The notes: a model not told the origin generated them from the sequence alone. A stretch of DNA of 64,000 bases from Burkholderiales bacterium (GCA_019749945.1 JAIEPF010000019.1:5747-69746); one strand, 5' to 3'. Positions 40,384-50,712 are shown, counted from the first letter of the stretch. Translations and numbers: made by a program.

Positions 40384-41067
40384 TCATGCCGCAACCGCGG
40401 CTTTTCCCGTCAGCACCCGCTCCGCATGCCAGGCCGTCGCCTTGATCGACGACCACACCGGCCTGCCGAATTCGCGTTCGAGCCGCGGCATGAGGTCGCG
40501 GGTCGGCAATTGCGAACAGGCGATGAACAATGCATCGGCATCCGGCGTCATGGTTTCTCGCGCCAGCGCCGCGATCTGCTCCGCCGTGATCGCCGCAAGC
40601 TCATCGGTGGTTTCCGCCTTGAAGCTCGCCAGCCTCAGCACCGTAATGCCGGATTGTTCCAGGTAAACACGCAGCCGCTCGTTAACGAGGTCGAGATAGG
40701 GCGTCACTACGGCAATACGTTTGGCGCCGATATGACGCAGCGCCTCGATCATCGCACCGGCGGTGGTCACCACCGGTTTGCCGGTGATCGCGGCGAGTTT
40801 CAGCTGGATTTCCGCGTCACGCACCGGGCCGCCGATAAAACCCGCGGCGGTGCAGCCATAGGCCACGATGTCGGTCTGCGCCGGATCGTAATCGCGGGCA
40901 AGCGCCAGCGCCTGTTCCACATAAGCGGGAATTTCCGCAGGCCCGAGCAGTCCCTTGCCGCGCGGAATGCGCAGCGTGCGGCACTGCGAACCGGGCAGCC
41001 AGTCGAGCAGTTCCGGCTCCATGGTCGTGTTGTTGGCGGGCACCATCAGCCCCAGCTTCAGCGTCAT
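40384..41067 (-). CDS. Asp/Glu racemase-superfamily protein (maleate isomerase/arylmalonate decarboxylase-like)
   Basis: LGLMVPANNTTMEPE, AYGCTAAG, FIACSQLPT, the two catalytic-Cys regions of the family. Confidence 0.8.
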   Translation of the reverse strand: MTLKLGLMVPANNTTMEPELLDWLPGSQCRTLRIPRGKGLLGPAEIPAYVEQALALARDYDPAQTDIVAYGCTAAGFIGGPVRDAEIQLKLAAITGKPVVTTAGAMIEALRHIGAKRIAVVTPYLDLVNERLRVYLEQSGITVLRLASFKAETTDELAAITAEQIAALARETMTPDADALFIACSQLPTRDLMPRLEREFGRPVWSSIKATAWHAERVLTGKAAVAA

Positions 41068-41126
41068 GCTCCCTCCTCCGGGAACGGGTGCAGTCAGTGC
41101 ATTCTAACCGGGAACAAACACCGGTT

Positions 41127-41540
41127 TCAGCGCATCCATGGCACGATGTCGAATCGCTTGCCGGCCTTCAATCGAAAAACAGCGAAGTCTTTTTCATCAA
41201 CTGTCAGTATTTCACGCAAGCCCGATTCGAGTGCCAGCCAGACCAGCGCAGCATCCGTGAAATCAATATCGCGATCCGCATACTTGCGGATCAATACCTC
41301 GATTGACGCATAAGCGGCAACGGGGATATCAACAACTGCGATACCGCCACGCTGCACCCATTGCAGCAGATCGCTTTTACCCCGGGGATCCAGAAAAAAA
41401 CACGCCTCGACGATTACTGCAGAAACAGTCATCAGCGGATGCCGGTGCGCAATCAGGTAATCGCGGGCAGCCGCACGCTGGCGGTCGTTGCGGCGAAACA
41501 AAGCCGCCAGAAAACCGGTGTCGACCAGAACCTTCTTCAC
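41127..41540 (-). CDS. vapC: PIN-domain toxin (VapC-like)
   Basis: VLVDTGFLAAL N-terminal Asp, ...DFTDAALV..., 4-nt overlap with the upstream RHH gene. Confidence 0.8.
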   Translation of the reverse strand: MKKVLVDTGFLAALFRRNDRQRAAARDYLIAHRHPLMTVSAVIVEACFFLDPRGKSDLLQWVQRGGIAVVDIPVAAYASIEVLIRKYADRDIDFTDAALVWLALESGLREILTVDEKDFAVFRLKAGKRFDIVPWMR

Positions 41541-41791
41541 TTGCTTTTGCCGCGGAAACGTTCACGCAACAGGCGCTTGGTATTGCGGGCAACGTCCTCG
41601 GTGGGGCGCTCATCCGTATCAGGTGCAATCAAATCCCGGGCCAGTTCGTACGGCGAACGGTCACCTGCCTTGATCGCCAGGAATTCATCCAGCGCCTGCT
41701 TTACCGCATCACTTTTTGAAACCCGATGCTTGACGCAGTATTCGGCAAGCTCTTGCTCTACCGCTTGTGGGATACGTACTGACAGTGGCAT
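41537..41791 (-). CDS. ribbon-helix-helix antitoxin (VapB/CopG-like)
   Basis: MPLSVRIPQAVEQELAEYCVKHRVSKSDAVKQAL RHH pattern. Confidence 0.75.
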   Translation of the reverse strand: MPLSVRIPQAVEQELAEYCVKHRVSKSDAVKQALDEFLAIKAGDRSPYELARDLIAPDTDERPTEDVARNTKRLLRERFRGKSK

Positions 41792-41874
41792 GTAAACACC
41801 TGTGTATGACAAATTGATGTGAAGTGTAACACATCACCTGCGTCAACATGCCGCCATATTCAGACCACGCGCAG

Positions 41875-41908
41875 ATCCGTAACCTATTGTTTTTATTATT
41901 TATTTTAA
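41875..41908 (+). repeat. AT-rich dispersed element, copy D
   Basis: atccgtaacctattgtttttattatttatttta. Overlaps the amidase stop codon. Confidence 0.65.
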
Positions 41909-42654
41909 CCACCCGCCTGCTGCTTGCGGATCAGGCACTGCAGCATCGCGCGCTGCGCCTCGCTCAATCCCTGGCTCGCATCCTCCGACGACCAATGGCG
42001 TTTGAACGCCGCCACCGCCGTCCACGGCACCGACACGTCATAACCCAGCGCGCTCAGCAGCGTTGCATCATCAGCGCCCGTCGGCAAAACGTCGTACGGC
42101 GGCTCGCACCACAGGCCGAAGCCCGCCGCGGCCAGGCGCCGCCATGGAAACAGGGCGCTTGGATCAACCTTGCGCCCCGGCGCGATATCGCCATGCCCCA
42201 GCACGTTCGCCGCCGGGATGGACCAGCGCGCTTTCAGATCACCCAGCAGCGCCATCAGCGCAAGGATCTGCGCCTCGGCAAAGGGCTCACGCCCGTTGTT
42301 GTCGAGCTCGATGCCGATCGACGCGGAATTGAGGTCGCGGTTGCCGCCCCAGTACGAGTCACCGGCGTGCCAGGCACGTTTCAGTTCATCGACGAGGTAA
42401 ATGATCCGGCCATCCCGCGCGATCAGGTAATGCGCGCTGACTTCGCGCGCCGGGCTGGTCAGCGTCTCCAGTGCGCGTTCCACGCTGTCGTTGCTGGTGT
42501 GATGGAGAATCACGTAATTCGGCCGCCGCTCGCCGACATTGGGCGAAGGCCGCAGCTCCACCGGCAGCGTGGTGTAGACCGGCAGCTGCGCGCAACCGGC
42601 CAGCAGAACCATCGCCGCCAGACCTGCCCACCACCGGATCATCCGCCCTGCCAT
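41905..42654 (-). CDS. N-acetylmuramoyl-L-alanine amidase lipoprotein (AmiD-like, Amidase_2 plus PG-binding domain)
   Basis: LLAGC lipobox, ILHHTS, SAHYLI, AWHAG, GHGDIAPGRKVDP. Confidence 0.85.
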   Translation of the reverse strand: MAGRMIRWWAGLAAMVLLAGCAQLPVYTTLPVELRPSPNVGERRPNYVILHHTSNDSVERALETLTSPAREVSAHYLIARDGRIIYLVDELKRAWHAGDSYWGGNRDLNSASIGIELDNNGREPFAEAQILALMALLGDLKARWSIPAANVLGHGDIAPGRKVDPSALFPWRRLAAAGFGLWCEPPYDVLPTGADDATLLSALGYDVSVPWTAVAAFKRHWSSEDASQGLSEAQRAMLQCLIRKQQAGG

Positions 42655-42724
42655 GCCGCTTCCACCCCGTCGCCGCGGATAATCACTGTACCACGCGCCC
42701 GCCACCTGTTACCCTCGAACCCTG

Positions 42725-43333
42725 ATGAATACGCCCGCCCCGCAACCCGGAACCGCACGCGCGATCTCGCGCGATGACCTCAATGTACTGCCGGTGCGCC
42801 GCTACGAAGGCCCGGTGACCTTTGTCGACACACCGGCGCTGCTGTTCAGCGCGCTGACCGACATCCGCGGCGAACATGTGGTCGGCCTCGACACCGAGAC
42901 ACGCCCCGCTTTCCGCAAAGGCGAAAGCTACCTGCCGAGCATCGTACAGGTGGCGACTGCAAGGATGGCCTACATCTTCCCGCTGCGTTATGCCGACACC
43001 CACGCCGTGATCAGCGAGATGCTGCAGGCGCCGGGCACCGCCAAGGCCGGCGTTGCGCTGGCCTACGACCTGCGTACGCTGAAACAGGTGTTCCCGTTCA
43101 CCGAAAAAAACGTCGTCGACCTCGGCATCGTCGCCAAACGCCACGATTACGGACAAAGCGGCGTGCGCAACCTCGCCGGCATATTCCTCGGCTACCGCAT
43201 TCCCAAGGGTGCCAAAACCACCAACTGGTCGGCGCCGCAACTCACACCCGCGCAGATCATTTATGCCGCGACCGATGCCTGGGTCTGCCGCGAGCTGTAT
43301 CTGAAATTCGCAGAAAACGGTCTGGTGCGCTGA
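42725..43333 (+). CDS. 3'-5' exonuclease (DEDDy/RNase D-like domain)
   Basis: VVGLDTETRP, IVQVAT, AATDAWVCRELY. Confidence 0.8.
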   Translation: MNTPAPQPGTARAISRDDLNVLPVRRYEGPVTFVDTPALLFSALTDIRGEHVVGLDTETRPAFRKGESYLPSIVQVATARMAYIFPLRYADTHAVISEMLQAPGTAKAGVALAYDLRTLKQVFPFTEKNVVDLGIVAKRHDYGQSGVRNLAGIFLGYRIPKGAKTTNWSAPQLTPAQIIYAATDAWVCRELYLKFAENGLVR

Positions 43334-43342
43334 GCATCCCGC

Positions 43343-43825
43343 TTACTGCGAATCGGTGCCTCCCCGCTTCGTGACTTGTTGCGTCTCCTGCTCCATCCAG
43401 TACGCGGCCCGCTCCGGAAAAATCCAGCGCACGCCGCCGCGCGGATCGACGGCATCACCGGTATAGCGCGGGATCAGGTGCAGGTGCACATGCATCACCG
43501 TCTGCCCCGCGACTGCGCCGTCATTGAGACCGAGGTTATAGGCGGCGGGCCTGTGTTCGCGCTCGAGCACCGCCTTGGCAGCATCAAGCAATGCCATCAT
43601 TGCCGCGCGCTCTTCCGCCGCGCAATCAAAAAACGACGCCACATGCCGGCGCGGAACCACCAGGCAATGCCCGGGTGACAGCGGGAAGGCATCGCGCACC
43701 ACCACCGCGAGTGGATTCGCGGCAATGAGTTGTCCGGATCCCAGATTGCAAAAGGGGCAGGGTTTTACCGCAGACTCCAAACCCGCCCGGCTCTCGCTGA
43801 CCGGATCATGTCGCTGTGTTTTCAT
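43343..43825 (-). CDS. HIT-family (histidine triad) protein
   Basis: CPFC..., GQTVMHVHLHLIPR histidine triad. Confidence 0.85.
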   Translation of the reverse strand: MKTQRHDPVSESRAGLESAVKPCPFCNLGSGQLIAANPLAVVVRDAFPLSPGHCLVVPRRHVASFFDCAAEERAAMMALLDAAKAVLEREHRPAAYNLGLNDGAVAGQTVMHVHLHLIPRYTGDAVDPRGGVRWIFPERAAYWMEQETQQVTKRGGTDSQ

Positions 43826-43829
43826 GGAT

Positions 43830-44519
43830 TCATTCGCCTTTGCCAGCCGTCTTCGCCACCATCTCCAGGCCCTGGATCATCCGCCGCAACTGATCGCCGG
43901 CGATGAGTTCGATGTCGATGCGGTTTTCCTCGACAAAGCGGCGCGCCTCCTCGGTAAAGGTGCCGGAAGTCACCACAAACACACCCGCCGCGTTTTCGGC
44001 GGCGGCCACACTGCAGATTTCACGCACCACTTTCACGCCCACGCGCTGCACCCGCCAGTGTTTGCATTGCACCAGGTAACGGTCTTCGCCGATGCTCGCC
44101 ACCAGATCGACGCCGCTATCAGGCTCATGGCCGCCGCGCCGCTCGACCCTGAAACCCTTGCGCCGGAAAAATTCGCCGACCAGTTGCTCGAACTCGCGCC
44201 AGGTCAGCAGCTCCAGCGCGACATGTCCGCGCTCACCGGCAACGTCGGCGTAATTTTTATATTGTTTGTAACGCAGCCAGGCCGACAAGGCCGCAATGGC
44301 GAGGAACACCGCGGGCAGCAGATACTGCAGCCCCATCGCCAGGCCGCGCAACACCGGCAGGATCACTACATCCGACGGGAATGAAAAAGGCGGCGGTATA
44401 CGCAGCAACACATGCAAAACACCCCAGGCCGTCAGCGCCGCAGTCACACCGATCCACCACGGCAATCGGGTCGTCAGCTCGACGAGGTCTTCAATCAGAT
44501 TTTTCCTGCGCCCTGCCAT
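43830..44519 (-). CDS. membrane-anchored restriction endonuclease-like protein (Mrr_cat domain)
   Basis: Two or three N-terminal TM helices, then GVDLVA...YLVQCKHW...VTSGTFTEEA, the Mrr catalytic-core pattern. Confidence 0.8.
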   Translation of the reverse strand: MAGRRKNLIEDLVELTTRLPWWIGVTAALTAWGVLHVLLRIPPPFSFPSDVVILPVLRGLAMGLQYLLPAVFLAIAALSAWLRYKQYKNYADVAGERGHVALELLTWREFEQLVGEFFRRKGFRVERRGGHEPDSGVDLVASIGEDRYLVQCKHWRVQRVGVKVVREICSVAAAENAAGVFVVTSGTFTEEARRFVEENRIDIELIAGDQLRRMIQGLEMVAKTAGKGE

Positions 44520-44607
44520 GCCCCCTCCAATGCAGGCATTTTGTCGCTTTCATCGCCTGGACACCAAAGCAATACCGCACACTCCCAGACCCAGACCCAG
44601 TCACCAG

Positions 44608-45186
44608 TTACCCCAGCGGCGCGACCCCGATCAGCCACAGGTGCAGCCCCGACACCAGCGCCGCCCACGCAGCAACCCCGGCAATCACCGTCAGCACCGT
44701 GCGCAACACCTGCCCCGCGGCATGCACCGTGCCGGCCGCGCGATCGCGTTTGCGCGACACCACAAAACCGGCGATCGCCCACAGCAGGAAAGCGCCAAAC
44801 AGAATCACATCGACCAGCCGGCCGTTCGAAATCAGGTGGGCAAAGGCCCAGATCTTGATCCCCGCATACATCGGATGGCCGAGCGCCGCCTTGATGTGAT
44901 TACGCGGCACATACGCCGCGGCCACCAGCACCAGCGACACCAGCATCAGCAGCGCGGCCGCATGACGCATGAACAGCGGCGGGTTGTAGAGCACGGCGGA
45001 GGCATGACGCGACTCGCCATAACCCCAGACCAGCAGCACGAATCCGGCAATCGAGGCCAGTGCATAAGCGCCCTTCCATGGATACTGGCCGATGCGGGAA
45101 ATGGTGCGCGTACGCCAGCCGTCGGCAACGATGCGCAAGGAATGCACCCCGAGAAAAAGCACCAAACCGAGTATGAGATAAATCAT
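44608..45186 (-). CDS. NnrU-family membrane protein
   Basis: MIYLILGLVLFLGVHSLRIV..., multi-pass membrane protein. Confidence 0.75.
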   Translation of the reverse strand: MIYLILGLVLFLGVHSLRIVADGWRTRTISRIGQYPWKGAYALASIAGFVLLVWGYGESRHASAVLYNPPLFMRHAAALLMLVSLVLVAAAYVPRNHIKAALGHPMYAGIKIWAFAHLISNGRLVDVILFGAFLLWAIAGFVVSRKRDRAAGTVHAAGQVLRTVLTVIAGVAAWAALVSGLHLWLIGVAPLG

Positions 45187-45211
45187 GCGCGCTCCTGGAT
45201 CACCCCTGAAA

Positions 45212-46084
45212 TCAGCCCTTGCCCTGCGGCTTTGCCTCCCTGGAAGGAGGGCCCCACACCACCCAGGCCAGCCAGGCGACGATGATCAGCAGACCGATGA
45301 CCAGCACCAGCAAACCATTGTTGAGCAGTGAATCCTGACTTGACGCGCGGCGCGGCGCGGATTCGGCGGGTGCCGCGGCTCTGTCCTGCGCCGCCTGCGC
45401 GGGCGGCGACGCTGGCGCAGCAACCGGTGCCGCTTGGGCTGCGACTGCCTCGAGTGCGGATGGCGCCTCTGCCGCCGCCCGCAGCGCCGCGGGTTTTTCC
45501 CACTGCCGCTGCAGTTGCGCGACCGCCGCCTCCAGCGCCGCAACACGTTCGAGCATGGCCGCCAGCGTTTTGGCATCCGCGTCGGCCAAGGGTTCCCGGC
45601 GCGGCGCCGGCGGCACAGGGGCCCTGCGTTTGTCGGCTGCCGGCCTGCGCACGGCCGCGGACATCGGCACAGGCGCCGCGGCGGGAATCACCGCCGGCAG
45701 ATATTCCGCCGCCCTCGCGCCCGGCGGCGCAGGATAACCGTACGGGTCGATTAATGCGGTATAACCGCGCACCATGCGCGTCGCCTTCGATTCCAGCTCG
45801 ACCAGCAGGTGCACAAAAGGCTCGTTCAGCGGCTGCACGGAGACGAGTTCGATCACCTGACGGCCGTTTGCCGGCGCGCGGATGCTGAGGCGGCTCCCGC
45901 TGAGCGCCGGGTTGTAACGGAAACCCGACAGCGGGTAGAGGTCGGGCGACGCGAGACGCGGCGTCAGGGTGCTGCGTTCGTCCGGATCCTGCAGCAGATC
46001 GATTTCAGCGCGGAAGGGTTCCCCCATCGCCGACAACACGACGAGTTTGCCGAGGCCTGCGGCGTTTGCCGCCGACGCAACCAC
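45212..46084 (-). CDS. FimV N-terminal domain protein with Ala/Pro-rich linker and C-terminal TM segment
   Basis: LGKLVVLSAMGEPFRAEIDL...NEPFVHLLVELES...RGYTALIDP. True start probably a few codons upstream (signal-peptide-like LLLVVASAANA). Confidence 0.7.
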   Translation of the reverse strand: MVASAANAAGLGKLVVLSAMGEPFRAEIDLLQDPDERSTLTPRLASPDLYPLSGFRYNPALSGSRLSIRAPANGRQVIELVSVQPLNEPFVHLLVELESKATRMVRGYTALIDPYGYPAPPGARAAEYLPAVIPAAAPVPMSAAVRRPAADKRRAPVPPAPRREPLADADAKTLAAMLERVAALEAAVAQLQRQWEKPAALRAAAEAPSALEAVAAQAAPVAAPASPPAQAAQDRAAAPAESAPRRASSQDSLLNNGLLVLVIGLLIIVAWLAWVVWGPPSREAKPQGKG

Positions 46085-46403
46085 CAGCAGCAGCGCCGCT
46101 GACCAGTCACGCCATGACAGGATGGATCTAACGATGCCGCCTCCCGATCCACAAATTACGCCGAAAGGTACTCCCTTGACGCCAGAAAGGCAACTAACCC
46201 ATTAAAAATATTGAAGAATTCAGGGGCGCAGCCGCCAGTTGCGCCGCGCCACGGCACCACCCCGGCAGCGCAGCGGGCAAGCATTGCGGACTGAGCCGGG
46301 ATAACATGCCGTGCAACATCGAATCCGATGCACCATCGACCAAAATCGGACATGTGAAAAAACAGGGGCGGGCGCCCCGCGATCACGAATACAAGGTGCG
46401 CCT

Positions 46404-49400
46404 ATGCATTCTCGGAGGGGAGAACCGAAGCGCCGCGCGGCGAAACCCGCCAGTGGCGGTGCTGCGTCTGCCGGTGCTGCCGCCGCAAAAAAAACCGGCG
46501 CCGGGCCGGGGAAGGCAGGCGCCCGCCTGCAGTCCCTGTTCGACCAGATTGCCGTCGGCATCGCCTACACCACCACCGACGGCAGGATCCTCGGCAGCAA
46601 CCGCAAGCTGAGCGAGATGCTGGGTTATTCCGCCGCCGAACTGCTCGGCATGACCACGCGCGACCTGACGCACCCGGAGGATCGCGACCAGCAGGACCAG
46701 ATGCGGCGCGAACTGCTCGACGGCACGCGCAGCCATTTCTCGGGCGAAAAGCGTTATGTGCGCAAGGATGGCAGTGATTTCTGGGTATCCCGGACCGTTG
46801 CACATGCCCAAACCCCCGACGGCGAGCCGTACCTGATCCAGACCATCGACGACATCAACGACCGCAAGCTGGCAGACCAGCGCTCACGGGAAAACGAAAA
46901 ACGCTTCCGTGAAATCTTCGAGCAGGCGGCAGTCGGCATCACCAGGGTCGATCTCGACGGGGTGCTCATCGACTGCAACCAGAAATTCTGCGACCTGCTC
47001 GGTTTTTCCAGGGAAGAACTCCTCGGCAAGCCCATGAGGGGGATCACCCACCCCGATGACTACGGATCCGGCGCGCAGTACCGCACGCAGCTTGCCAGGG
47101 GTGACGGCGGTTCGCGGACCAGCGAAAAACGCTTCATCCGCAAGGACGGCTCGCCTTTATGGGTGCGGCGCACCATGTCCACGGCCTGCGACGCCGCCGG
47201 CAAGCCGCAATACGTCATCAGCATGGTCGAGGACATCACCGACAAAAAGGAACTCGAACAGCATCACAAGGAAACCTTCGATCAGGCCGCCGTAGGCATC
47301 GTGCACACCTCCGCCGACGGCCGCTATCTGCGCGTCAACCGCAAGTTCTGCGAAATGCTCGGCTACAGCGAGGCGGAACTGCTGGGGCGCAAGGCCTCCG
47401 ATTTCAGCCGGCCGGGCGACCGCGAAAACGAAGCCGGCAACCGGCAACGCATGTGGCAAGGACAACTCGGCAATTTTGCCGAAGAAAAACAATACGTCCG
47501 CAAGGACGGCAGCATCGTCTGGACCAACCGCACGGTGTCCCTGGCCCGCGATGCTTCGGGCAAACCGCTTTATTTCATCAGGGTCATCGAAGACATCACC
47601 GCCCGCAAGGAAGCCGACCTGCGTTACCGCGCGACCTTCGACAGCGCTCCGATCGGCATCATGCACACGGCGGTCGATTCTTACCGGATCCTGCACGTCA
47701 ATCCCAAACTGTGCGCGATGCTCGGTTACACCGAAAACGAATTGCTGAACATGAGCAGCACCGACATCGTCCATCCGGATTACCGGTTCACCGACGGTGC
47801 CAAATACCAGAAACCGATGCTGAAGGGCGAAGCCTCCTCCTATTCCTCGGAACGGAAATTCCTGCGCAAGGACGGCTCCGCCTTCTGGGTCAACCGCACG
47901 GTGTCGCTGGCGCGCGATGCGTCTGGCACGCCGCTCTACTACATCCGGATCATCGAAGACATCACCGAGCGCAAGCAGGCCGAAGAAGTCATCGTCCGCG
48001 AACGCGCCCTGCTGCGCACCATCATCGACACCCTTCCCGATCACATTTACGCCAAGGACAAAAACGGGAACTACCTGATCGCCAACAAGAGCTGGCTCGG
48101 CGCCCGGGGCACGCAGGATACCGATGTATCCGGAAAAACCGTCAATGACTTTTTCCCGCCAAAACTGGCCGAAATCCTGGCCAGCCAGGACCGCGAAATC
48201 ATCCAGACCGGGAAACCGTTGCGGAACCCCGAACACAAACTGATGATCGAGCACACGGAAAATCAAAACGAACCGGGCAAAATCCGCTGGGGTTCGACGC
48301 TGAAAGTGCCGTTGCGGACTGCCGACGGGGAAATCATCGGCACCGTGGGCATCAGCCGCGAGATTACCGAAGAGAAGGAAGCCGCAGCCAGGCGCACCAT
48401 GTCGCATGCGGTGACGCAGGTGCTGGCAGAGTCGCTGACGGTCGCCGAAGCCATGCCCCGGATCATCGGCACCATGTGCGAGGCGATGGGATGGGCCTAT
48501 GGCGCGCGATGGGCGCTGGACGACACAGGACAGCGACTCTCGCGCATTGAATACTGGTGTGCATTCGAGCCGGAATTCGACCCGGCTGACCGGGAGCTGT
48601 GGCTGAGCGTCGGCAACACCGGCAGCGGACGCCTGCTGCGGCGTGCCTGGATCGACAAAACCGCCTCCTGGCTGGCCAACCTGCACGACGACAAGCCGTT
48701 TCGGCGCAGGGCCAGCACCATCAGATTCGGCTGGCGCAGCGCCTATGCCTTCCCGATCCTGATCGGCAGTGATGTGGTCGGCATCATGGAATTTTTCGGG
48801 CCCGACAGCCGGGAACCGGATGAAGCGCTGGTGCAGACCACGGTCTCGATCGGCAGCCAGATCGGGCAGTTCATCCAGCGCAAACAGGCCGAGGACAAAC
48901 TGAGTTTTCTGGCGCGTTTCGACACCGTCACCAACCTGCCGAACCGGTATCTGTTCACCGACCGTCTGGGCCAGATGCTGGCACAGGCAAAGCGCAACAA
49001 CTGGTCGACAGGCGTCCTGTTTGTCGATCTCGACCGCTTCAAGGCAGTCAACGACACCTATGGCCATGCCGCCGGCGACCAGTTGCTGCGCGAGGCCGCC
49101 GCGCGCATGCAGGCCTGCGTGCGCAACAGCGACACCGTCGGCCGGCTGAGCGGAGACGAGTTTGCGGTGATGCTGTCGAACCTGGCGAAAACCGAGGACG
49201 CCGGCATGATCGCGCAGAAAATCGTGGAGGCGCTGGCGGCGCCGTTCGACATCAACGGCAACCAGGCCCATATTTCAGCCAGCATCGGCATCGCCCTCTA
49301 TCCGAGCGATGGCAACGAACCCGACACCCTGCTGAAAAACGCCGACACCGCGATGTACCGGGCGAAATCGCAGGGACGCAACGGTTATCAATTCTTTCTG

Positions 49401-50642
49401 CCGCAAATGAACGAGCGGCTGATCCAGCGCCAGCAGCTCGAAGCACAACTGCACGGCGCGCTGGAGCGCAGGGAATTCCTGCTGCATTACCAGCCCAAGG
49501 CCGAGCTCGAGAGCGGCTCGGTCACCGGATTCGAAGCCCTGCTGCGGTGGCAGAACGGCGACACGCTGGTTCCGCCGGTCGAATTCATCGCCGTCCTCGA
49601 AGATACCGGCCTGATCGTGCCTGTCGGCGAATGGATCCTGAACAGCGTATGCGCGCAGCTCAAGCAGTGGGAACAGCAGGGCGTCGCCCTGCGCCCGGTT
49701 GCAGTCAATCTTTCAGCCCGCCAGTTCCAGGTCAAGAACCTGGTGGAGGTGGTGGGACAGGCCCTGCGCAGCCACAACGTCAATCCCGCCCTGCTCAAAC
49801 TGGAACTGACCGAATCGCTGCTGATGAGTGATGCGCAGGAGTCCGTCGAGACCCTGCATCAGCTGAAGGAACTGGGCGTGCAGCTTTCGGTCGACGATTT
49901 CGGCACCGGATATTCGAGCCTCGCCTATCTCAAACGTTTCCCGCTGGACGAACTCAAGATCGACCGTGAATTCATCCGCGATGCGATCAATGACCCCGAT
50001 GACGCCGCGATCACGGTCACCATCATCAACCTCGCCCACAGCCTGAAGCTGCGCGTCGTGGCCGAAGGCGTGGAGAGCGAAGGCCAGCTCAATTTTCTGC
50101 GGTTTCACGGCTGCGACGAAATCCAGGGCTTTTATTTAGCGCCCCCCCTGCCGGCGGATGCCTGCGCGCGCCTGCTTGCGGAAGACAAACGCCTGCCGCA
50201 GCTGCAGCACCCTGTGACCCGCGAACCCTCGCTGCTGCTGGTCGTCGAAAACGAAAACGAACTGCGCTTGCTGATGCAGGCTTTTTCTTCCGGCGGCTTC
50301 CGCGTCCTGAGCGCAAGAAACGCCAGTGACGGCTTTGAAATCCTCGCCGGCAACCGGATCGATATCGTGATCAGCGACAACGACATGACGGGGATGAGCG
50401 GCATCCAGTTCCTGACGCGGGTGCGCAAACTGTATTCCAACACCCTGCGCGTGCTGGCCTCGAGCGGTGACGACACCCCCACCCTGACCCGCGCCACCAA
50501 CATGGCCGGCATCCACCTGTTCCTGCCCAAGAACTGGACCGCGGAACGGCTGCGCATCGAGGTGCGCAACGCCCTGCAAAATTACATGGATGTCACGAAC
50601 ACCAGCGGCCCGCATCCAATACTCAAATCAAAGAAAGATTAG
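46404..50642 (+). CDS. multidomain c-di-GMP signalling protein: multiple PAS, GAF, GGDEF (SGDEF), EAL, C-terminal receiver
   Basis: Repeated PAS/PAC blocks (...EKRY/F.RKDGS..W...), RNSD I-site plus SGDEF, EALLRW/DDFGTGYSSL/EGVE, REC with DIVISDNDMTGMSG. Confidence 0.9.
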   Translation: MHSRRGEPKRRAAKPASGGAASAGAAAAKKTGAGPGKAGARLQSLFDQIAVGIAYTTTDGRILGSNRKLSEMLGYSAAELLGMTTRDLTHPEDRDQQDQMRRELLDGTRSHFSGEKRYVRKDGSDFWVSRTVAHAQTPDGEPYLIQTIDDINDRKLADQRSRENEKRFREIFEQAAVGITRVDLDGVLIDCNQKFCDLLGFSREELLGKPMRGITHPDDYGSGAQYRTQLARGDGGSRTSEKRFIRKDGSPLWVRRTMSTACDAAGKPQYVISMVEDITDKKELEQHHKETFDQAAVGIVHTSADGRYLRVNRKFCEMLGYSEAELLGRKASDFSRPGDRENEAGNRQRMWQGQLGNFAEEKQYVRKDGSIVWTNRTVSLARDASGKPLYFIRVIEDITARKEADLRYRATFDSAPIGIMHTAVDSYRILHVNPKLCAMLGYTENELLNMSSTDIVHPDYRFTDGAKYQKPMLKGEASSYSSERKFLRKDGSAFWVNRTVSLARDASGTPLYYIRIIEDITERKQAEEVIVRERALLRTIIDTLPDHIYAKDKNGNYLIANKSWLGARGTQDTDVSGKTVNDFFPPKLAEILASQDREIIQTGKPLRNPEHKLMIEHTENQNEPGKIRWGSTLKVPLRTADGEIIGTVGISREITEEKEAAARRTMSHAVTQVLAESLTVAEAMPRIIGTMCEAMGWAYGARWALDDTGQRLSRIEYWCAFEPEFDPADRELWLSVGNTGSGRLLRRAWIDKTASWLANLHDDKPFRRRASTIRFGWRSAYAFPILIGSDVVGIMEFFGPDSREPDEALVQTTVSIGSQIGQFIQRKQAEDKLSFLARFDTVTNLPNRYLFTDRLGQMLAQAKRNNWSTGVLFVDLDRFKAVNDTYGHAAGDQLLREAAARMQACVRNSDTVGRLSGDEFAVMLSNLAKTEDAGMIAQKIVEALAAPFDINGNQAHISASIGIALYPSDGNEPDTLLKNADTAMYRAKSQGRNGYQFFLPQMNERLIQRQQLEAQLHGALERREFLLHYQPKAELESGSVTGFEALLRWQNGDTLVPPVEFIAVLEDTGLIVPVGEWILNSVCAQLKQWEQQGVALRPVAVNLSARQFQVKNLVEVVGQALRSHNVNPALLKLELTESLLMSDAQESVETLHQLKELGVQLSVDDFGTGYSSLAYLKRFPLDELKIDREFIRDAINDPDDAAITVTIINLAHSLKLRVVAEGVESEGQLNFLRFHGCDEIQGFYLAPPLPADACARLLAEDKRLPQLQHPVTREPSLLLVVENENELRLLMQAFSSGGFRVLSARNASDGFEILAGNRIDIVISDNDMTGMSGIQFLTRVRKLYSNTLRVLASSGDDTPTLTRATNMAGIHLFLPKNWTAERLRIEVRNALQNYMDVTNTSGPHPILKSKKD

Positions 50643-50664
50643 CCCGGCCCGCCACATTGGGGTT

Positions 50665-50712
50665 TTCGCTTTTCCATCCTCACTCCTCAATCCTCAATCC
50701 TCACTCCTCACT
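50665..50712. repeat. heptad-like array TCACTCC/TCAATCC (single arm) between convergent genes
   Basis: atcctcactcctcaatcctcaatcctcactcctcac. No complementary arm found upstream. Confidence 0.55.

Noticed and set aside
50665-50712. The heptad array, and the other short repeat clusters, as a possible CRISPR array.
   Set aside because: Units are ~7 nt and contiguous with no spacers. There is no repeat-spacer periodicity and there are no cas genes.
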